This document shows positions 57,410-64,000 of a stretch of 64,000 bases of DNA, one piece after another; within the stretch, counting starts at the first letter, position 1; each line of letters starts with the position of its first letter. Source of the DNA: Strigamia acuminata (taxonomy: Eukaryota); contig OX442314.1 in NCBI GenBank assembly GCA_949358305.1, positions 32,674,001 to 32,738,000 of the forward strand, given 5' to 3'. The translations under genes were made by a program, and so were the position numbers. The notes under the pieces are model-generated. The model had not been told where the DNA came from. It did not search any database and saw only the letters and a program-made list of their open reading frames with translations.

Positions 57410-60094
57410 ATGCCCCCAAAAAAGGCAATTAATCCAAAGAAGACCGTGGTTGCAAAATCACGTGTTGAAACTGCGGATCAAAGAAAAGCACGACTTGCGC
57501 AAGATCAACGAGTCCGCAGAGCAAAAAAAAGAGCTGCTGCTAATGCCGCCGCAGAGATCGTCGTGCCCGTCGAGCTTATTGCAGTGCATAAATTGCCTCA
57601 ATTGCCACCAGTTGTAGGGCCCGGCAAAGGGAAATCCCTCCTGGTCCCACGAATGGCAACCCCCGCCGAAGTAAATGTTTCGCCAGCCAAGCGAATTGCT
57701 CCACTCGCTGAAGGAGATGCGCCGCCCCCAAAACGATTGGCGCCACACCAAGATATTGTATCAAATAATTTTGAACCAATAAATGCTTTTTCTCCTACTC
57801 ATGCATTACAAATTAATACCGTGCTGAATGCATTGCCTGTGGTTGACCGATTATTGTCAAAAAAAAATAAAGCTAAACATCGATACATACCACATTCTGA
57901 ATTGTCTGTCGAATCACTGGCCGAGCTACGAAAAATTGATGCTTTGCGTAAACAAAATAACCGTGCCCAACTTGTTGGCAATGCCAAATTGCAACTGCAG
58001 CAAGTCGACGCTCAAAGAAAACTTGTAGTGCCCGCCACGCCGCAGATTCCAATTGCTGCATTACAAGTTCGTAAAATTCCTCGCAAGAGAAAAATCAATC
58101 ACAGTTTAAATCTAGCTAAGAAGAAAGAAATTGACAAACAAAGCAAACGCGCGAATCGCTCTGATTCAAATTTTCGATCCAAAGAACAGGCACGCGACAT
58201 ATTAGTTCACCAACTAGCCCGCAAAAATGTAGACTTCAGTTCTCAAGAACAAGCTCGAAATACTGTAGCGCACCAACTAGCCCGCAAAAATGTAGACTTC
58301 AGTTCTCAAGAACAAGCTCGAAATACTGTAGCGCACCAACTAGCCCGCAAAAATGTAGACTTCAGTTCTCAAGAACAAGCTCGAAATACTGTAGCGCACC
58401 AACTAGCCCGCAAAAATGTAGACTTCAGTTCTCAAGAACAAGCTCGAAATACTGTAGCGCACCAACTAGCCCGCAAAAATGTAGACTTCAGTTCTCAAGA
58501 ACAAGCTCGAAATACTGTAGCGCACCAACTAGCCCGCAAAAATGTAGACTTCAGTTCTCAAGAACAAGCTCGAAATACTGTAGCGCACCAACTAGCCCGC
58601 AAAAATGTAGACTTCAGTTCTCAAGAACAAGCTCGAAATACTGTAGCGCACCAACTAGCCCGCAAAAATGTAGACTTCAGTTCTCAAGAACAAGTACGCG
58701 ACACATTTGCTCACAAGAAAGCTCGACTTGATGCAAATTACAGATTACAAGAACAAGCACGCGACACATTTGCTCGCAAGCAAGCTAGACTTGAAGAAAT
58801 TTCTGCATGGGACAGAGTAGTTGAACAATACTTCAAGCACATCAAAGAAGGTCCAGACAAGGTGTGTTCCTGTTGTCGTAATCTGTGGTATTCAAAATCA
58901 GTCAAACAACTTGAACGTTCGAAACTCTCTGGTAAGGGATACGCTGAAGGTTATCTCGACCATGTTTTCGATTTTGGCGAATTGTTTTGTTCAACTTGCT
59001 ACAGTGCGGTCCAAAAAAGAAAAATTCCACGTCTATGTGTGAATAACGGTCTGCGTTTTCCAATTATCGACGATGTTATTTCGGTACTTACACCTTTAGA
59101 AGCTAGACTGGTTGCTGGAAGACACATATTTCAATCCATATGGCCAGTTTATGGAGAAAATGGTCAATTTAGAACCAAGGGTCGCATAGTAAATGTTCCA
59201 GTCAACGTTAACAATACCATCACTTTATTGCCTCAACTTCCAAATGAAAGTGACGTGATACTCGTCCAAATAGCTCGCCACATGGAATATAAACAAAACT
59301 GGATGTCTGGTAATGTTAGGCCCATCTACGTTCTTAAAGCAGCACAGTATCTGGAAAAACAAGATCTGTACATGAAATACCACATTTCAGTGTCCGATGA
59401 GCATTATAGGCAGTTAGAAGTTGTGGCTAATGAGGACAACTTTAACTCAAGTGTGCCAACTAATTTAAGCCAGGCTCCAATTTTGACTCAAGACAAGAAT
59501 CCGACAGTTGATGAAGATCTGAATCAAGTTAATCATGATGGCGGACACACAATGATTAACTATGATTGGGATTATAGCAACGGAATTCGAATTGCACCTG
59601 CACAAGGTAACACCCCTATTGGCGTCTTGTGGGATCCAGATTCAAAGTTTTTAGCTTTTCCAAAGATTTTTGGAGGCTACACAATGGAACCTAAATTAAA
59701 CGGTAAAGATTTGAGTCCAAACGAGTTTTTTAAGTCAATAGTTCGTCGAGATGACCGCCGTGGAGTTGAGCATCAGGATTTTTTGCTTTACTTATCAAAA
59801 TACAAAGAACTGACTCAAATTAAAAGTAACCAGCAAATAGCAATCAGAAAAAACAAAACAACTGATAATCTAACCGTTGACCAGGTAATTGGAGATGGAT
59901 TTGTAAGTGGACTTATTGAGTCAGATCACGCATACGATGTATTAAGAGGGGTACGAAATTCATCACATCATTGGCGTAATGAGTCAATGAAGTGCAGAGC
60001 CATGATACGTCAATACGGATTGGCACACCTTTTCATCACCGTTAGTGCAGCTCGAAAATACAGAGGCCGTCGTTGTTATTACGGATGGCAATAG
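57410..60094 (+). CDS. Truncated Helitron/Helentron RepHel N-terminal protein (894 aa)
   Basis: VCSCC..W..CSTC..IPRLCVNNGL, LTPLEARLV, GQ..KGRIVNVP, APAQGNTP, AFPKIF, then AMIRQYGLAHLFITVSAA (Rep motif 1). Ends before the HUH, YxxxY and helicase motifs. Confidence 0.85.
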   Translation: MPPKKAINPKKTVVAKSRVETADQRKARLAQDQRVRRAKKRAAANAAAEIVVPVELIAVHKLPQLPPVVGPGKGKSLLVPRMATPAEVNVSPAKRIAPLAEGDAPPPKRLAPHQDIVSNNFEPINAFSPTHALQINTVLNALPVVDRLLSKKNKAKHRYIPHSELSVESLAELRKIDALRKQNNRAQLVGNAKLQLQQVDAQRKLVVPATPQIPIAALQVRKIPRKRKINHSLNLAKKKEIDKQSKRANRSDSNFRSKEQARDILVHQLARKNVDFSSQEQARNTVAHQLARKNVDFSSQEQARNTVAHQLARKNVDFSSQEQARNTVAHQLARKNVDFSSQEQARNTVAHQLARKNVDFSSQEQARNTVAHQLARKNVDFSSQEQARNTVAHQLARKNVDFSSQEQARNTVAHQLARKNVDFSSQEQVRDTFAHKKARLDANYRLQEQARDTFARKQARLEEISAWDRVVEQYFKHIKEGPDKVCSCCRNLWYSKSVKQLERSKLSGKGYAEGYLDHVFDFGELFCSTCYSAVQKRKIPRLCVNNGLRFPIIDDVISVLTPLEARLVAGRHIFQSIWPVYGENGQFRTKGRIVNVPVNVNNTITLLPQLPNESDVILVQIARHMEYKQNWMSGNVRPIYVLKAAQYLEKQDLYMKYHISVSDEHYRQLEVVANEDNFNSSVPTNLSQAPILTQDKNPTVDEDLNQVNHDGGHTMINYDWDYSNGIRIAPAQGNTPIGVLWDPDSKFLAFPKIFGGYTMEPKLNGKDLSPNEFFKSIVRRDDRRGVEHQDFLLYLSKYKELTQIKSNQQIAIRKNKTTDNLTVDQVIGDGFVSGLIESDHAYDVLRGVRNSSHHWRNESMKCRAMIRQYGLAHLFITVSAARKYRGRRCYYGWQ
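58208..58694 (+). repeat. Perfect 63-bp (21-aa) coding tandem repeat, about 7.7 copies
   Basis: HQLARKNVDFSSQEQARNTVA units start at 58208, 58271, 58334, 58397, 58460, 58523, 58586 and 58649. Confidence 0.95.
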
Positions 60095-61202
60095 TGACGA
60101 GATCGGCGCTATTTCTTTAATAACGCAAGAAGTCGTTATTGATGGGGAAGCCACACTACCATACTCATCCGATTCGGAATGAATAAATGTGCAATCGAAT
60201 AAATAAATGCGTTTTAATTTCAATCTAACTGTTTCCTAAACAATTATTTTTTTCCCAACGAAAAGATGACTTTATTTATTTCTACATTTAAATTTAATAT
60301 ATTTCGCCTTTTCTTCCGATTTCATCGCTGCTTTCACTAGCGATGCAAAAACTACAATTCGTTATTGTTTTTCTTGGAAATTTTAATCACTTTCACCGTT
60401 TTATTTAACATTTTACGATGTTACGATTTTCACGAATCCTCGAGTAGAATGTCTCATTTTATTGCAGAAAAAACAAAGGTTAATCATTCGTGTGTTAGTT
60501 TGAAATGAAAAGACTGTCGAATACCGAAAAAAAATGTAAAAAAGGTGTAAAAATCCAGAAACCGAATGATTGATTAGGTTTAAGTCGATAAAAGAATTTA
60601 CGTACTTTGATACGATGACCTGGCAATTGCAATTTATTTCTATATTTAAATTTAATTTATTTCGCCTTTTCTTCCGATTTCATCGCTGCTTTCATTAGCG
60701 ATGCAAAAACTACAATTCGTTATTGTTTTTCTTGGAAATTTGCTTTTGAATCTCACAGTAATAATGATTATTAGAAGAAACAGAATGGCCATCACGCAGA
60801 CCCGGTCTTCTGACTTGGCCACTGCTTTTGAATCGTATTAATTACTCGTTTTCCCGACATATGTGTATTTGTATTCGGGGTCCGTATCCGTACGTAATCA
60901 CTTTTACCGTTTTATTTAACATTTTACGATTTTCACGAATCCTCGAGTGGAATGTCTCATTTTATTGCAGAAAAAAAACAAAGGTTAATCATTCGTGTGT
61001 TAGTTTGAAATGAAAAGACCGTCGAATAGCGAAAAAAATAAGAAATGGCCACTTCGGAATTTATATCAACGTTTATGTGTGTTTGCCATGTTTTTATTTT
61101 AAAATAATTCAATTTTTAAGTTAAAAAATTTTTTTTTATTTTTAACATGTTTTTTAAACTAAATCTGTAATTAAGGTAAGCGAATGTAAGAAACACTATA
61201 CA

Positions 61203-61778
61203 TTATTTCCAATCTGGATTCACCACCAACAAGTATTGCTTTCTGGCTGTGGATTCAATTATAACGTCTTCTAAGTATCTTGGCAAGGTAATGAATAGTG
61301 ATTCCACTGACATACCTAATAAATCAACAAAGTCATCATTGAACGTATCAAAAAAATCTTCTAATTGATGTACAATGTCTCCGTTAGTATTTAAGAAATC
61401 ACCTCCAGCGATGAATAAGTCATCTTGAATCCCTCTCAACTGAAAATCTGTCAACCTATGACGCTGAGGATTTATTGGCTGATAATCCAACAAGTCACTA
61501 AAAAGTCCCCTTTTTTCTATTTCCAAATCAGTATATGCTCTTACAATTTGAGATAATAAATTTAGATAGAAACGTAGTGTATGAATCACATCCGTTACAT
61601 AATTTGGAGGTAATTGACGCCAATTCATACTTCTCAAATGTTCATAAAAAATTCGAATCGTATTTGTAAGTCTACCTATTTGCTCTCCTAATTCTGTTTG
61701 GTCTTCCACGGATAACAGACGATCGATTTGGATAGGCATGACAGACCAGCTAACGGAATTGTTTAAAATGTAAGACAT
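61203..61778 (-). CDS. Hypothetical 191-aa protein, antisense within the Helentron
   Basis: ATG-to-stop intronless ORF of 576 nt in very AT-rich DNA. Globular, helical-looking composition; no motif recognised. Confidence 0.5.
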   Translation of the reverse strand: MSYILNNSVSWSVMPIQIDRLLSVEDQTELGEQIGRLTNTIRIFYEHLRSMNWRQLPPNYVTDVIHTLRFYLNLLSQIVRAYTDLEIEKRGLFSDLLDYQPINPQRHRLTDFQLRGIQDDLFIAGGDFLNTNGDIVHQLEDFFDTFNDDFVDLLGMSVESLFITLPRYLEDVIIESTARKQYLLVVNPDWK

Positions 61779-63173
61779 TATTCACGCTTATATATTAGAA
61801 TGAGAAACGTTTTTGAAACGCTTTTTTAACGTTTATGAAACATTTAAGAATTTCCTAATGTTCATTTGGATTGGTTATTTTTTGATGATTACTACATCAA
61901 ACTGAAGTCGAAAAATTCTAGAACCGAGCCCAAACGATTGATCCAAAAAAAGGTAGCATTATGATCCACCAAATTCGGCGATCGATTGTTAAATTCAGGG
62001 AAAAATTAGAAAATTTTCGTCGCGATTCGTTTTTTGATATTTCCTATGTTAAATAAGTTTAATTTAATGCACCAAACACGACAGAAATAGATTTAGCAAA
62101 GTCAATATGCAAGTTCGATCGACAGGTCGACAGATCAAGTGGTATAAATAAATTGATCGCTATTACACCGTTTTCGTAATAAAACGGCACAAACATCGTT
62201 ATTTTTTAGACTCGAAATATCGTCTATCTATCGACGCCAACCGTTAAACACATCGCCGTTTCCATCGCATCTACTACGCCATCGTATACTTCTCAACAAC
62301 CCCATTAGATCGGAAATCAAAATCTGTACAACGCTGAATTTTTAAAAGCTTTTATTTGAAATTGACATTAAATTGACATAGTTCAAAGAGAGAAAATGCA
62401 AAAATACGGCGTAATTTTGACAAACCGGAGTGTCAGCTGGCGGATTCCGTTTGCTATAATAATTGATTTCAGCCAACTACTGACAGTTAGTAATTTTGCG
62501 CATAAAAATTCAATTTGGGGACGTAAATGTGCAAATTTCATCATAAAATTCCATTATTATGCCTAGAATTATGCCTAAAATTCAATTTCAAAATATGAAT
62601 TGGTGTCAAGAAACTCCAGCTTAAGTTAACCTAATAAACCTAATTTCCCTATATATAAACATCTAAATTGAACAAACCTATTTAAAAAATCTAATCTAAA
62701 AATAGAGTAAAAATAAAATAATTTTTCGCTCCATCGACCACCCATATTCTTCTTCCTCTATGTCTTCGTCGGTCGACTGCTTCTTCAGAGTTTGGTGAAG
62801 CTAAAGCTAAGGTTTTTGTATGTTTTTATTGTGTGAGAGTGATTTAAATGCGTGGGTTGTACCCCGCAGGAAGGCACACTAAGGCCCTCCCTTAATGCAA
62901 AGGTAATGTTTTGCCATATGCATGTCCATGTTGTTTGTATTGTGTAAAGCCCTAATATGATCTCAAATATTAGTTTGTGTGTGTATTTGTCTGCGTTGCT
63001 TTTATTGGAATTTGTTTGAGTTAGTAATTCACTTGTGGTGACCACGAGGTCACAAAAGTGTTTTAATAATTTATAATTCAATAAATAATGATTTTAGTAT
63101 TCATAATAAAATATTGTCAGATCATTACGGAAAAACTAGCTATACTAGTTTTACCGTTTCTGCGGGACGGACG

Positions 63174-64000
63174 TGACAACGTCATGAATTTGCATAATTC
63201 TCCGAATTTAGGCAAATACGTCATTTCCGGTCCAGCCAGTATTTAAACCCGTGTCTGACCGGAAACCCCCCACTTTATAGATACCAGAGCAACATTAGCA
63301 TCACCACCTCACCTTTCAGGCCGAACACCACGGATTGATAGAGGATCGATGCCCGTTGCCAAATTCATCTATAAACCACAGTCACAGATATTTATCGTAG
63401 CAATACTACGATAGTAATATCTACCGAAGCGAAGCGTTTGCGAACACGTGTTTCGCCAGACGCCATTACCCTAGACAACAGAAGCCACGTGTAAGACTGC
63501 CGTGCAGCAACAAATCGTATCCGCCGACAAGGATCCGAGACCACAACATTGTTAAGTATATTTGTATTATATTACAAGTGTGAAATAAAAGGTTATTATT
63601 GTAAGATATTGTGTTAAGTTTATTTACCGGAACCAAGGTTACGACACGTGGGGGCCTGTCCGGGATAGTTTTGAACTTTCAAACTATTTTAAATAAACAT
63701 ATCTTACGGTTTGAACTTTGCAAACTATCGAAATGACGAAAAGCGGGAAAAATCGAAACCCTTCAACCGCAAGCGCCCGAAGAAAAGCCATGGAATCCGC
63801 CAAGGCAAGGGCCGAAGCATTAGCTAGTCCAGCGTTAGAAAAGCAGCCACCGGAGCCGACGAGGGAAAAGACGACTGGAAAGACACCAGTCAACGAAAAC
63901 CACGCGGAAAAACCACCCGAGAATGTGCCGACCGGAAAAACGCCGGCTAGTAAAGTACCCGCTAGCAAAAACCCAACCAATAAAACGCCGATAAATCAGC
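63174..64000 (+). mobile_element. 5' LTR, PBS and start of a gag-like ORF of an LTR retrotransposon that runs off the right edge
   Basis: TG(63174)...CA(63646) containing AATAAA. PBS TGGGGGCCTGTCCGGGAT (63649-63666, 16/18 to tRNA-Pro). Open frame from ATG 63733 (MTKSGKNRN...). Confidence 0.75.

Larger units (their letters stand above)
55924..62050 (+). mobile_element. Helitron/Helentron-type rolling-circle element, internally deleted; right end not defined
   Basis: T-run then hairpin AGACTTCTAAAC..GTTTAGAAAGTCT and a (TCCG)n microsatellite (DINE/HINE-like left end). RepHel N-terminal ORF. Sequence 56285-56470 is repeated at 61905-62050. Confidence 0.65.

Noticed and set aside
62785..63081. 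98-aa minus-strand ORF, possibly a Penelope or LINE N-terminal relic
   Set aside because: No diagnostic motif I can support.
63126..63173. Hairpin CGGAAAAACTAG..CTAGTTTTACCG followed by GGAC repeats, a possible Helentron/DINE end
   Set aside because: Interrupted by the LTR at 63174; it cannot be assigned as the right end of the 55924 element or the start of another.

Overview
Eukaryotic, AT-rich arthropod-type genomic DNA. A myriapod or chelicerate source is inferred from the MBD-bearing Copia elements and CpG decay; it is not proven. The host content is a tandem pair of 11-exon divergent ionotropic-receptor (IR/iGluR-like) genes (1660-16238 and 20969-50579), both with open spliced frames, plus a broken third fragment. 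Most of the rest is transposable elements. Intron 5 of IR copy 1 holds a decayed Mag-type Gypsy. Intron 5 of copy 2 holds a 21.6-kb nest: an RT-less Copia (C) contains an mdg3/micropia-type Gypsy (D) and an intact Copia (B), and D in turn contains Copia A and a MITE. There are also many MITEs and solo LTRs, an 11-bp satellite, a truncated Helitron/Helentron with an orphan antisense ORF, and LTR elements cut by both window edges. The main finding is that the two youngest Copia elements (A and B, each with identical LTRs) encode a methyl-CpG-binding domain (MBD) between integrase and RT. Both are inserted into CpG-dense sequence of older TEs that show CpG deamination. A second finding is that both intact IR genes appear to lack the M2 pore loop. 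All alignments and counts were done by eye.
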